64,000 bases of DNA from Nitrososphaeria archaeon. Its GTDB lineage: Archaea; Thermoproteota; Nitrososphaeria; Nitrososphaerales; JANXEG01. The notes beneath the pieces are model-generated. The model made no database searches, was not told the origin of the DNA, and saw nothing but the letters and a program-made list of their open reading frames with translations. The stretch lies in the NCBI GenBank assembly GCA_029775915.1, contig JARVKA010000004.1:56015-120014 (forward strand), read 5' to 3'. This document shows, piece after piece, positions 10,796 through 20,713 of the stretch. Numbering within the stretch: the first letter of the stretch is position 1; every line of letters starts with the position of its first letter. Position numbers and translations under genes: made by a program.

Positions 10796-12212
10796 GATTT
10801 ATAATTTGATAGGTTTATTATCCTCATTTAAAGCCTTTTGGGATGAGTATAAAAGGTATAAAATTGGTATATTGGGAATTTTTCTTTTAATCATTTTAAT
10901 TATCATATCCATATCAGCTGTAATTTTAATCCCTATTGACACATTTAAACAATGGCATAACCCTGCATATTGGACACGCTATCCTAAAGCAGCGTTACCA
11001 TCATGGATTAATTATTTTACAAATACTAAACTCCCTGAGCATTTAATTCTAAAAGAGCCATTGGTAATGAAAAGTGAGAGTGGGGTTATTCAAATCTTTA
11101 ATCACATTTACACCATTCAATTCAATTACGATACTTTTCCAGATGATTTCATCTTCAATTATTTGATTAAATATAAAGGTTCACCACCTTTATTTGAACT
11201 CTCAATAATTAGACCGGATGGTGATCGATTATTATTAATAATAACTACCCTTCCACCAAAGCCCTTTAACTTAGAAGCTTATACATTTAATGGATCTATT
11301 TATTCAACTGATCGAGTTATAAGGAGTAATGTAGCCCATTATTTAAGTGAGCGAATTGGTGAATCTATAAGTATAATGGATATTGCCCCTCAATTTGTAA
11401 TCTTTTCAGAAAAACCATTTAAACTTGATTCAAAAGTTTTAAAAGGAACTTACACATTTAATGCGACTTTTTACACATTCGATAAGGATGATCAATTATT
11501 AACGAGTGAATTGATAATTGGGGGCAAAGTATTTGGTATTCTTGGAACGGATGAGTTAAGAAGAGATTTGCTTATAGGGATTTTATGGGGTACACCAGTA
11601 GCACTTTTTATAGGCTTATCCGTAGCTACTTTAGCGGTATTTGTAGGGATCGTTTACGGTATTGTGAGCGGTTATTATGGCAAAAGATTGGATGAGATAA
11701 TGATGAGAATTAATGATATTATTTACTCTTTACCAGCTTTGCCATTTTTAATCATATTAGCAATCTCATTTGGTAGGAATATACTACTTGTAGTTCTTTA
11801 TTTAACTGTATTTGGGTGGGTAGGTATAGCAAAAGTAGCTAGAAGTATGGCATTACAAATTAAAACATTGGCTTACATTGAAGCGATTGAGTTAATAGGT
11901 GCATCTAAATGGAGAGTAATGCTTAAACATATAATGCCTCAAATAACTCCATACGCTCTCGCAAGTATAGCTTTATCAGTACCATCCGCTATATTAGCTG
12001 AAGCCGGTCTTAGCTTTTTAGGATTGGGTGATCCAACTTTACCTACTTGGGGTCAAATTCTTCACGATGCTCAACTTTATGGTGCTGCTGCAAGAGGATT
12101 GTGGTGGTGGATTATACCTCCAGGTGTAATGATCGCTATAACAGGGCTAACATTCGTTTTTATCGGTATAGCTATGGATACGGTTTTAAATCCAAGGATG
12201 AGGAAGATATAA
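10788..12212 (+). CDS. ABC transporter permease (DppC/OppC type) with a long extracytoplasmic insertion
   Basis: The C-terminal half is a typical BPD permease (IEAIELIGASKWRVMLKHIMP). It overlaps the upstream permease gene by 8 nt. Confidence 0.9.
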   Translation: MGEIYNLIGLLSSFKAFWDEYKRYKIGILGIFLLIILIIISISAVILIPIDTFKQWHNPAYWTRYPKAALPSWINYFTNTKLPEHLILKEPLVMKSESGVIQIFNHIYTIQFNYDTFPDDFIFNYLIKYKGSPPLFELSIIRPDGDRLLLIITTLPPKPFNLEAYTFNGSIYSTDRVIRSNVAHYLSERIGESISIMDIAPQFVIFSEKPFKLDSKVLKGTYTFNATFYTFDKDDQLLTSELIIGGKVFGILGTDELRRDLLIGILWGTPVALFIGLSVATLAVFVGIVYGIVSGYYGKRLDEIMMRINDIIYSLPALPFLIILAISFGRNILLVVLYLTVFGWVGIAKVARSMALQIKTLAYIEAIELIGASKWRVMLKHIMPQITPYALASIALSVPSAILAEAGLSFLGLGDPTLPTWGQILHDAQLYGAAARGLWWWIIPPGVMIAITGLTFVFIGIAMDTVLNPRMRKI

Positions 12213-13166
12213 ATGGTAGATTTAAAGGTTGAGAATCTTACAACTTATTTTTTTACTCGAAGAGGTGTTGTAAAAGCTGTTGATAATGTATCATTTAACC
12301 TTAAAGATGAGTCATGGGGAATAGCTGGAGAGTCTGGTTGTGGTAAAACTACGCTTGGTTTATCTTTATTAAGGCTTATACCACCACCTGGAAGAATTGT
12401 AAAAGGTTCAATAATTCTTGGTGGAGAGGATTTATTAGCAATGGATGAGCAAACTTTTAAAAATAAAATTAGATGGAGAAAAATCTCAATGATATTTCAA
12501 AGTGCGATGAATGCATTAAATCCAGTTTACCCTATAGGTTATCAATTGGCTGAACCACTTATTTACCATTATGGATTTTCAAAAAATGAGGCTTTAAATT
12601 TAGTTAAAGATGCTTTGAAAGAGGTTAAATTAAATCCGAGTTTGATTTATCGATACCCTCATGAATTGAGTGGGGGGATGAAGCAAAGGGTTGTGATAGC
12701 TATGGCTTTAATACTCAAGCCTGAGATTGTAATAGCTGATGAGCCAACTACAGCTTTGGATTTAATCGTTCAATCACAAATTATCAATTTAATAAAGAGA
12801 TTGAAATGGGAATCAAAAATATCATTCATACTCATGACTCATGATTTGAGTATGATATCGGAGATTGCTGATAAAGTGGCTATAATGTATGCTGGTAAAT
12901 TGGTAGAGTTAGGACCTTCTGAGCAATTGTATAATGATCCAAAACATCCATATACCCAAAGCCTTTTAGCTGCTATACCGAGATTAAGAGGAGAGAAGAA
13001 AAAATTAATCTTTATACCTGGCTCACCACCAGATTTAATCGATCCACCTTTAGGTTGTAGATTTCATCCCCGTTGCACTCATGCTTTACCAATATGTAAA
13101 GAAAAAGAACCGCCTATCACTCATTTAAATGATGCTATGGTATCTTGCTGGTTGTATAGTGAGTAA
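12213..13166 (+). CDS. ABC transporter ATP-binding protein (OppD/DppD type)
   Basis: Walker A GESGCGKT, signature LSGGMKQR, Walker B IVIADEPT, and the oligopeptide C-terminal Cys motif (GCRFHPRC). Confidence 0.95.
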   Translation: MVDLKVENLTTYFFTRRGVVKAVDNVSFNLKDESWGIAGESGCGKTTLGLSLLRLIPPPGRIVKGSIILGGEDLLAMDEQTFKNKIRWRKISMIFQSAMNALNPVYPIGYQLAEPLIYHYGFSKNEALNLVKDALKEVKLNPSLIYRYPHELSGGMKQRVVIAMALILKPEIVIADEPTTALDLIVQSQIINLIKRLKWESKISFILMTHDLSMISEIADKVAIMYAGKLVELGPSEQLYNDPKHPYTQSLLAAIPRLRGEKKKLIFIPGSPPDLIDPPLGCRFHPRCTHALPICKEKEPPITHLNDAMVSCWLYSE

Positions 13167-14169
13167 CTCTTTGGGAAGTATTTTACTATCGGTAAAGGGT
13201 TTGAGAAAGTGGTTTCCAATAAGGAGGGGTTTTTTAGATTTTATTACCATGCAACCAATACGCTATATAAAAGCTGTTGATAAAATCGACTTTAATATAA
13301 AAAAAGGAGAAGTATTTGTATTAGCTGGAGAGTCTGGTTGTGGTAAAACTACTACAGCGAGATTGATTTTAAGATCTATAGAACCTGATGAAGGAAGTGT
13401 GATATTTAATGGTATGAATGTGTGTAATTTAAGAGGTGAGGAGCTTAAGCGATTTAGACGATTGGTACAAACCGTTTTTCAAGACCCTTATTCATCTTTA
13501 AATCCAAGATTATCTGTATTTGATATTTTATTAGAACCATTAATAATTCATAACATTAGAGAGACGAATAGTGAGAGAAAAGAGATTGTTTATAAAGCTA
13601 TGGAGGAAGTAAAGTTAACGCCAATTGAGAATTTTGAGCATAGATATCCACATATGCTATCAGGTGGTCAAAGGCAAAGATTGGCCATAGCAAGATCTTT
13701 AATCTTAAAGCCTAAATTAATTATAGCTGATGAGCCTGTATCGATGCTCGATCTTTCAATTAGAGCTGAAATTTTAGATTTAATGATCTCACTTAGGGAT
13801 AAGTATGGTATAACTTATCTTTACATAACTCATGATTTATCAACAGCAAGATATATAGGCGATACGATTGCAATTATGTATCTCGGCAAAATCGTTGAGA
13901 TGGGAATTTGTGAAGAAGTTTTATCTAATCCTTTACATCCATACACTCAAGCATTAATAGATGCGGTATTAGAGCCAAATCCTAACAATAGATTTAAGGA
14001 GAAGAAGGTAAGAATAATTGGAGAGATTCCAAGCCCAATAGATATTCCAAATGGTTGTAGATTAAATCCAAGATGTCCATACGTTATGGAGAAGTGTAAA
14101 TTAATCGAGCCACCTTTTATAGAATTTAAACCTTCACATTACGTTGCTTGCCATTTATTAATTGATTAA
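13129..14169 (+). CDS. ABC transporter ATP-binding protein (OppF/DppF type)
   Basis: Walker A GESGCGKT, signature LSGGQRQR, Walker B LIIADEPV, and GCRLNPRC. The true start may lie a few codons downstream of 13129. Confidence 0.9.
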   Translation: MMLWYLAGCIVSNSLGSILLSVKGLRKWFPIRRGFLDFITMQPIRYIKAVDKIDFNIKKGEVFVLAGESGCGKTTTARLILRSIEPDEGSVIFNGMNVCNLRGEELKRFRRLVQTVFQDPYSSLNPRLSVFDILLEPLIIHNIRETNSERKEIVYKAMEEVKLTPIENFEHRYPHMLSGGQRQRLAIARSLILKPKLIIADEPVSMLDLSIRAEILDLMISLRDKYGITYLYITHDLSTARYIGDTIAIMYLGKIVEMGICEEVLSNPLHPYTQALIDAVLEPNPNNRFKEKKVRIIGEIPSPIDIPNGCRLNPRCPYVMEKCKLIEPPFIEFKPSHYVACHLLID

Positions 14170-14402
14170 ACTTTTTCTATAACGATTAAAGTTGAAGTTG
14201 AGCGTATACCATTCATCTTTCGAATCTTATTTATTATAATATCCTTTAATTCTTCCAAAGCCTCACTCTTCACTTTAACTATTATATCATGAACACCATA
14301 AACGAGATGAACTTCTTCAACACCCTTTAAATTGCTCAATGAGTGCAAAATATCTTTTTCTAAGCCAAGCTCACAATTTATTAATACGAATGCCTCGGGC
14401 AT
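14166..14402 (-). CDS. stand-alone Lrp/AsnC ligand-binding (RAM) domain protein
   Basis: 78 aa with a beta-alpha-beta-beta-alpha-beta-like pattern (AFVLINCELGLEKDIL...VHDIIVKVKSE...) and no HTH. Confidence 0.6.
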   Translation of the reverse strand: MPEAFVLINCELGLEKDILHSLSNLKGVEEVHLVYGVHDIIVKVKSEALEELKDIIINKIRKMNGIRSTSTLIVIEKV

Positions 14403-14552
14403 ATATCTCCATAAAATTTTAGCATTTAATAAAGATTATTGCTAATTATGAAAAATGGTAAGATTTATTCCAAATGAAAGATTCCTTAATTTCTGATTGT
14501 ATATTTAGCGTTAAGCTTTAATTAATAATCCTTTAAGTATAATTGAGCTTAA

Positions 14553-15956
14553 TTGATAATGGAAAAATTAGCCTCTTTCTACACCAAGCTTAAATTTAAT
14601 GATTTAAATGAGGAAGTGATTAATTCAGCAAAAAGATGCACTTTAGATTTATTAGGTGTAGCAATTGGTGGTTCAAATTTACCATCGAGTAAAAAAGTGG
14701 TTAATATTGTGAAGAGCATGGGTGGTAAATTAGAGAGTAGTGTAATTGCAAATGATTTGAAAGTACCTAGTCCGAATGCTGCTTTGGCTAATGGTGTTAT
14801 GGCTCATGGATTGGAGCTTGATGATGTAGATAATGAATCTTCAACACATCCTGGAGCGGTAATTATACCGACAGCTTTAGCGGTAGCTGAGAAGGTTGAA
14901 GCGAGTGGTAAGGAATTTATATTGGCTATAACTTCTGGTTATGATTTAATGTTGAGAATTGGTGCAGCTCTTATACCATCAGCCCATTATGCTCGAGGCT
15001 TTCATCCTACAGCTACTTGTGGAGCATTTGGTGCAGCTTTAACCGCTAGTATACTTATGGGCCTTGATACAAATGAAGTGATGAATGCTTTAGGTATCGC
15101 AGGTAGTCAAGCATCCGGACTTATGGAATTTCTTAGCGATGGCTCTTGGACAAAAAGGCTTCATCCAGGTTGGGCTGCGCATAGTGGAATAATTGCATCA
15201 TTATTAGCAAAAGAAGGCTTTACAGGTCCAAAAACCATTTTGGAAGGTAAGCATGGATTCATTAAAGCTCACACTGATCACTATGATATGAATAAGCTTA
15301 TAGAGGGATTGGGCGAGAGATTTTTAATAAATGAAGTTTCGATAAAGCCTCATGCATGCTGTAGATATATTCAACCAGCTATCGATGCGGTATTAAAGAT
15401 TGTAAAGGAGAATGAAATAAATCCAAAGGATATAGATGAAGTAATAATAGGGACTGTTAAAACTGCATTACCAATTGTAGTTGAACCTATTGAACTCAAG
15501 TATAAACCGAGAAATATCGTTGATGCTCAATTCAGTATGCCATTTAGTATCTCAGTAGCTATTTTAAAAGGTAGAGCATTTATTAATGAGTATACTGAAG
15601 AGATGATAAAGAATGATGAAGTTTTGAATATTGCTAAAAAAGTTAAGGTAATAAATGATCCAGAGCTCGATAAATTATTCCCTAAAAAATGGCAAGCTAA
15701 AGCTAAGATTAAGTTGAAGAATGGTAAGATATATGAAAGTCATGTGGAAGCACCGAAAGGAGATCCAGAAAATCCATTAACTGATAAAGAGTTAGAGGAT
15801 AAGTTTAGAATATTGGTTCAAGGAAAGTTGCTTGAAGATAAGATTAATGAGGCTATAAAGATGATTCATAAGCTTGATAAATTATCCAATATTAAAGAAT
15901 TTGTCCATCTCTTTACAATCGAAGAAGGAAAAAATAGGTATATTTACGTACTCTGA
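14553..15956 (+). CDS. MmgE/PrpD family protein (2-methylcitrate dehydratase-like)
   Basis: 467 aa with family-typical blocks (LDLLGVAIGG, HGLELDD, HPGAVIIP, GFHPTATCGAFGAA). Confidence 0.85.
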   Translation: MIMEKLASFYTKLKFNDLNEEVINSAKRCTLDLLGVAIGGSNLPSSKKVVNIVKSMGGKLESSVIANDLKVPSPNAALANGVMAHGLELDDVDNESSTHPGAVIIPTALAVAEKVEASGKEFILAITSGYDLMLRIGAALIPSAHYARGFHPTATCGAFGAALTASILMGLDTNEVMNALGIAGSQASGLMEFLSDGSWTKRLHPGWAAHSGIIASLLAKEGFTGPKTILEGKHGFIKAHTDHYDMNKLIEGLGERFLINEVSIKPHACCRYIQPAIDAVLKIVKENEINPKDIDEVIIGTVKTALPIVVEPIELKYKPRNIVDAQFSMPFSISVAILKGRAFINEYTEEMIKNDEVLNIAKKVKVINDPELDKLFPKKWQAKAKIKLKNGKIYESHVEAPKGDPENPLTDKELEDKFRILVQGKLLEDKINEAIKMIHKLDKLSNIKEFVHLFTIEEGKNRYIYVL

Positions 15957-15981
15957 GTATCGTTATGATTAATTATTGAGT

Positions 15982-16527
15982 TTAAAATGCTTTGAACTTT
16001 CCCTTTGGAGCTTTGCAAATTGGGCATACATCTGGAACGGTACCCTCAACTGTATATCCACAAACTTCACAAACGTAAATAGTACCCAATTGCACATCTT
16101 TATTCTCATCTACCGATTTTTTAGCCCTTTGATATAAAGGAGCGTGAACCTTCTCACTCTCTAAAGCCCAATTGAAGCTAATCTCAGCCTCTTTCTCACC
16201 TTGAAGTTGAGCTATTGCTTTATAAGCTGGATACATTTCATTAACTTCAAAGGTTTCACCATCTATACCAACTTGAAGATTTTCCGATGTGGTTTTAGCT
16301 CCAAAAAGACCTCCAGAGGTAACTAAAGCTGGGCCTTTACTTTTTATGCATCTATAATGATTCGATGCGTGAATCGTTTCTGAAAAGGCTATCGCTGTGA
16401 ATAATCTTGAAACATTTGGGAATCCTTCATCTTTTGCTTTTTTAGCATATATGGTATATCTCATGCAAGCTTGGCTTTCACCACCAAAAGCGCTCTTAAG
16501 AGCATTCTCAGTTATCTCTTTAACCAT
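15982..16527 (-). CDS. rbr: rubrerythrin
   Basis: Four-helix diiron domain (E..E..H patterns) plus a C-terminal rubredoxin-like CEVCGY...CPICKAPKGKF. Confidence 0.9.
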   Translation of the reverse strand: MVKEITENALKSAFGGESQACMRYTIYAKKAKDEGFPNVSRLFTAIAFSETIHASNHYRCIKSKGPALVTSGGLFGAKTTSENLQVGIDGETFEVNEMYPAYKAIAQLQGEKEAEISFNWALESEKVHAPLYQRAKKSVDENKDVQLGTIYVCEVCGYTVEGTVPDVCPICKAPKGKFKAF

Positions 16528-16607
16528 TTTATTTCACAGAAATTCTATAATCTTTTTGATAATTAATAAGATTTATGGTTGATTAAGGAAGGCTTATCAA
16601 GATATTG

Positions 16608-16696
16608 AATAAAATTTTTCACACTCATATTTATTAGTATTGGATTCGGTGTTAGCGAAAAAATTTTCTTTTAAAAATTCTGACACTAAATTTAAC
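16608..16696. promoter_or_regulatory. conserved upstream blocks shared with the hemerythrin-like gene upstream region
   Basis: AATAAAATTTTT (16608-16619), ATTAGTATT (16633-16641) and CTGACACTAAATTTAAC (16680-16696) recur in the same order and spacing at 52183-52276. Confidence 0.45.
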
Positions 16697-16811
16697 ATTT
16701 AATATGTAATGATTTCATTAACTTTCATTCAATCGTCTTGATCTCAATTAAGAGGATTTAGAAAATTCAATTTTCAATTATTTAAATTAAACGAATTTTT
16801 ACTATTATAAA

Positions 16812-17930
16812 TTATTTTTGTTTGAAAAACTCCTTTATATTCTCAATCACGTAATTAACATCATCATCCTTTAAATTTGGATGCATCGGGATTGATAAAA
16901 TAGTTTTAGTAATCTCTTCTGTGATTGGTAATTTGTAATTTGGTAATTGAAGGGATGTGTAAAATGGTTGAAGATGAACTGGTAAGCGGTAATGAATCCC
17001 AGTCTCAATACCCTTATTTGCTAACCACTCTCTCAATTTATCTCTATTAACACAACGAATTGCGTAAATGTGATAAACATGATAGGCCCATGGTGCTTCG
17101 ATAGGTTTAATTAATTCATTTATACCTTCAAGTTCTTTTGAATATAATTTTGCGATTCTTCTTCTCATTTCATTCATTTTTGTAAGTTTCATTAATTGTA
17201 TTCTCCCTATAGCTGCATTTATCTCACCCATTCGATAATTATAACCCAATTTTACATGAGTATCCCAAGTGCTACGGCCATGATTCGCTAACATTCGTAT
17301 ATCCCTAGCTAAAGTATCATCATTCGTTACAACCATACCACCCTCACCACCAACCATCATATTTTTTGATGGGTAAAAACTAAAGCAACCTATATCCCCT
17401 ATTCCACCAACTTTTTTACCTTTATATTCAGAGCCGTGTGCTTGAGCTGCATCCTCAATTACATATAAGCCATGCTTTTCCGCAATCTCTATAATTGGGT
17501 CAAGATCGGCTGGATGGCCATAAATATGAACGGGCATTATCGCTTTAGTTTTATTCGTAATAGCCTTCTTTACCTCATTTGGATCGATTGTATAAAATTT
17601 AGGATCTATATCTACTAAAACTGGTTTAGCATTACATGTTAAAATCATAGCGACTGTTGAGACGAATGTGTGAGATACTGTAATTACCTCATCACCTTCT
17701 TTCACACCACAAGCTAAAAGTGCGAGATGTAATGCAGCAGTGCCAGAAGATACCGCTATTGCATGCTTTACACCAAGAAATTTTGCAAATTCTTTCTCAA
17801 AAAGCTCATTTTGCTCACCCATAACAAAACGCTTACTTGAGAGAACTTGTAAAATAACCTCTTTCTCTTCATTAGTAATTAATGGTTCAGCTAACTTAAT
17901 CCTCAAAATCATCACCAAATTATTAAACAA
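16812..17930 (-). CDS. DegT/DnrJ/EryC1/StrS-family PLP-dependent sugar aminotransferase
   Basis: Motifs SSGTAALHLAL and the FSFYPSKNM lysine motif are present. Length is 372 aa. Confidence 0.9.
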   Translation of the reverse strand: MFNNLVMILRIKLAEPLITNEEKEVILQVLSSKRFVMGEQNELFEKEFAKFLGVKHAIAVSSGTAALHLALLACGVKEGDEVITVSHTFVSTVAMILTCNAKPVLVDIDPKFYTIDPNEVKKAITNKTKAIMPVHIYGHPADLDPIIEIAEKHGLYVIEDAAQAHGSEYKGKKVGGIGDIGCFSFYPSKNMMVGGEGGMVVTNDDTLARDIRMLANHGRSTWDTHVKLGYNYRMGEINAAIGRIQLMKLTKMNEMRRRIAKLYSKELEGINELIKPIEAPWAYHVYHIYAIRCVNRDKLREWLANKGIETGIHYRLPVHLQPFYTSLQLPNYKLPITEEITKTILSIPMHPNLKDDDVNYVIENIKEFFKQK

Positions 17931-18043
17931 ATATCATTTCAATCATTCAAGAGTATTTAAAGGTTTATAGAGATTTTGATTGTGAATATTTTAAATAATA
18001 CCCTTTTTAAGATATTCATTAATACTTAAATTGTGATTACCAA

Positions 18044-19204
18044 TTGAGTATGGCAAAGATTTATCTTGGTACATCTGGATGGTCTTATAAAGATTGGGTG
18101 AATGTTTTTTATCCTTCCGAGCAAGATGTAAAGCTTTCTTATTACTCACAATTCTTTAATACGGTTGAAATTGATTCCACTTTTTACTCATATCCATCGA
18201 AAGGAATGGTATATGGTTGGTTAAGAGCTACAAGAAATGATTTTATCTTTTCTGCAAAATTACCAAAAATTATCACTCATAAAAAAATCTTGAATATTGA
18301 TAAAGGCGTAAAACAAGATTTAGAACACTTTTTAGATTTAATGATGCCTTTATACAAAAGTGGTAAACTCGGCCCTTTATTAATACAATTACCACCTAAA
18401 TTTGAAAGGGATTACAAAGTATTGGAAGATTTTTTACAAATACTACCATCTGAGTTTAAATTCGCTTGCGAATTTCGCCATCAATCTTGGTGGGCTAATG
18501 GGACATGGTCTTTACTTGAAAAGTATGGTGTTGCGAATGTTATTCTAGATGGCCCACACTTGCCACCAGACCCGATCGTTACAACAAATTTCGCAGTTAT
18601 TAGATGGCATGGTAGAGGTAAAAAGCCTTGGTATAATTATCGCTATAAAATTGATGAATTGAAATTTTGGATTCCAAAGATCGAGAGTATAATTAATCAA
18701 GTTGATGAGCTTTATGGTTATTTTAATAATCATTTTCATGGATACGCTGTAGCAAATTGTCTTCAAATGTTAGAAATACTAAATATAATCTCTAATAAGC
18801 AAAGGGAGATGAAGGAGCATGTATTAAATTATCTTAATGGTATTACAATACCAAAACTTGTAACTTTTGATTTGGAATCAGCAAGATTGAGTGATTTAAT
18901 TCTCATCTTTATGGATAAGTATAGATTGGAACGTGCACATAAGATTAATGATGAAGAAGTTTATCAATTAAAGTTTGAGAATGGTAAAGTTGAGGCGATG
19001 ATACGCGAATATAAAGTGTTAATAGATTTAAATTCTAAAAGGATTCTTCATAATTGTGGTGATTGGGAGCATCAAATGGTGAGAAAGGGGTTTTGTAAGC
19101 ATATTGGTAAGGTTATGTATCTTTTACCTGAAGAAAAAGCAACATTTATTTTAAGAAAGATCGCTAAAGAGAGGGACGAATGGAAATTTGAAATATACCA
19201 TTAA
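18044..19204 (+). CDS. DUF72 (UPF0759) TIM-barrel protein fused to a C-terminal SWIM-like zinc-finger region
   Basis: The N-terminal ~260 aa match the DUF72 pattern (IYLGTSGWSYKDW...FYP...YSQFFNTVEIDSTFY). The C-terminal ~120 aa extension contains HNCGDWEH...FCKH. Confidence 0.7.
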   Translation: MSMAKIYLGTSGWSYKDWVNVFYPSEQDVKLSYYSQFFNTVEIDSTFYSYPSKGMVYGWLRATRNDFIFSAKLPKIITHKKILNIDKGVKQDLEHFLDLMMPLYKSGKLGPLLIQLPPKFERDYKVLEDFLQILPSEFKFACEFRHQSWWANGTWSLLEKYGVANVILDGPHLPPDPIVTTNFAVIRWHGRGKKPWYNYRYKIDELKFWIPKIESIINQVDELYGYFNNHFHGYAVANCLQMLEILNIISNKQREMKEHVLNYLNGITIPKLVTFDLESARLSDLILIFMDKYRLERAHKINDEEVYQLKFENGKVEAMIREYKVLIDLNSKRILHNCGDWEHQMVRKGFCKHIGKVMYLLPEEKATFILRKIAKERDEWKFEIYH

Positions 19205-19210
19205 TTGAGT

Positions 19211-19786
19211 TTATAATTCTTCATCAAGTCTTGCTCTAGCTAAAAGTCTAGCTACTTTAATAGGTTCTGGAATTGAGCCTTGCAATGTGAATTTATTCAA
19301 AATTATCTCAGCATCCTTTAATGTTATACCTAAAGCTCTCATGTATACACTATGACCCGTTTTTAATGTGATTAATACTCTATTACCGAGCTTTTTATAT
19401 GCTTCAAGCTTCTTCTCCCAATTTTGAGGGAAGTGATGCTTAATATGAGGTTCTAAGCCTTTCGATTCCTCAAAAGTGAGGCAAATAATTGGCGTATTCG
19501 TATATTGATAAATTTTATCAATATCTATAATGTTGTATAAGCTAATTATTGCTCCTCCAAGCATAATCACATTTATATCATTTCTCTCCAACTTCTCAAA
19601 CATTTTAATAATTTGATCTGTAGCATCATCACCACCTAAGGTTGCAAAACCAAACACAAACCCATCTATAATTAAATCACTCCTCATTACTACACCTGCG
19701 AGAATTGATTTTTTAACATCACCTTTACGAAAGCTTTCAGCAATACCTAAAGCTCTTATCCCCTTTTTACTCACATGAACTTTCAA
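19211..19786 (-). CDS. DUF99/UPF0215 family protein (EndoV-like fold family)
   Basis: Family-typical N-terminus (KKGIRALGIAESF...AGVVMRSDLIIDG) and a length of 191 aa. Confidence 0.65.
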   Translation of the reverse strand: MKVHVSKKGIRALGIAESFRKGDVKKSILAGVVMRSDLIIDGFVFGFATLGGDDATDQIIKMFEKLERNDINVIMLGGAIISLYNIIDIDKIYQYTNTPIICLTFEESKGLEPHIKHHFPQNWEKKLEAYKKLGNRVLITLKTGHSVYMRALGITLKDAEIILNKFTLQGSIPEPIKVARLLARARLDEEL

Positions 19787-19919
19787 TTCATATACTTCTT
19801 ATACATAACTATCGCTTAAACTTTGTAAAAAGATGCTTCAAAAATACAATCAAATATGTAACGTTAATACCATCAATTAGTAAAAAAGATATAAAGGTAT
19901 AAGGTTCTAAATTTCTTTA

Positions 19920-20198
19920 GTGATGGGAGGAATAAAAGTTTACATATCTGATGAATTGGAGCGCAAATTTAGAGAAGTAGCTATGAAACTTTACGGTTAT
20001 GGTAAGGGTTCATTAAGTATAGCATGTGAAAAAGCAATAAGTATGTGGCTTTCTCAAGTCTCAGAGTTTCTTGATATTGTAGAGTCGATTGAGGATCCAA
20101 TTGAAGCTATTTATGGGATGCTCTCTCATGTTAAAAAGTCGGGAGTTGAATTACAACATGAAGCCAAAGAAATCAGAGCAAGAAAAACCCTTAGATAA
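19920..20198 (+). CDS. putative antitoxin (RHH/CopG-like, VapB-type)
   Basis: Small protein (IKVYISDELERKFREVAMKLYG) directly upstream of the PIN-domain gene. Its stop at 20196-20198 lies 4 nt before the PIN ATG. Confidence 0.55.
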   Translation: MMGGIKVYISDELERKFREVAMKLYGYGKGSLSIACEKAISMWLSQVSEFLDIVESIEDPIEAIYGMLSHVKKSGVELQHEAKEIRARKTLR

Positions 20199-20202
20199 AG
20201 TG

Positions 20203-20664
20203 ATGCTTATAGATTCAAATATTTTCTTGGAAGTAGAGTTAGCGGAAAGCCATGCGGATGCATGTAAGCAATTTCTTAGGAAGATTAGAGACGGTCTTAT
20301 CAAGTCAGCGATCACGGATTTCCATATAGACTCTATAGTAATTGTTATGGAGAATTATGGAAAAAGCTGGAAAGATATAGCCATATTCTTAGCATCACTT
20401 CTTCGCTACAAGGGGTTAATAATTTATCCAGTAAGCTTAGGTGCTCGAATAAGATCTACATCCATTATGAGAGATTATAATTTAGATTATGATAATGCCC
20501 TTGCGATACAAGCCCTTAAAGACTTATCTACTTCAATAATAATCTCTTATGATGAAGATTTTGACTCAATAAATTGGATTAAAAGATATACACCAGAAGA
20601 GTTGATAAAGGATTTATCTCCTCAAAAAGGTGAGAATAATTTAGAAAGGAAACTTATAGTGTAG
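20203..20664 (+). CDS. vapC: PIN-domain ribonuclease toxin (VapC family)
   Basis: Starts MLIDSNIFLEVEL, with acidic PIN residues (D in LIDSN, E in LEVE, D in YDNALA, D in SYDEDFD). Start refined from the track ORF at 20089 to the ATG at 20203. Confidence 0.75.
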   Translation: MLIDSNIFLEVELAESHADACKQFLRKIRDGLIKSAITDFHIDSIVIVMENYGKSWKDIAIFLASLLRYKGLIIYPVSLGARIRSTSIMRDYNLDYDNALAIQALKDLSTSIIISYDEDFDSINWIKRYTPEELIKDLSPQKGENNLERKLIV

Positions 20665-20713
20665 TAGCGATTAAAAAAGAAACTTAATTTTGAACACATA
20701 AAGGATTTGATAA

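Noticed and set aside
20089-20202. Upstream extension of the PIN-domain ORF overlapping the antitoxin gene
   Set aside because: The PIN domain begins at MLIDSNIF. The extension is an alternative frame of the antitoxin gene, so the start is set at 20203.
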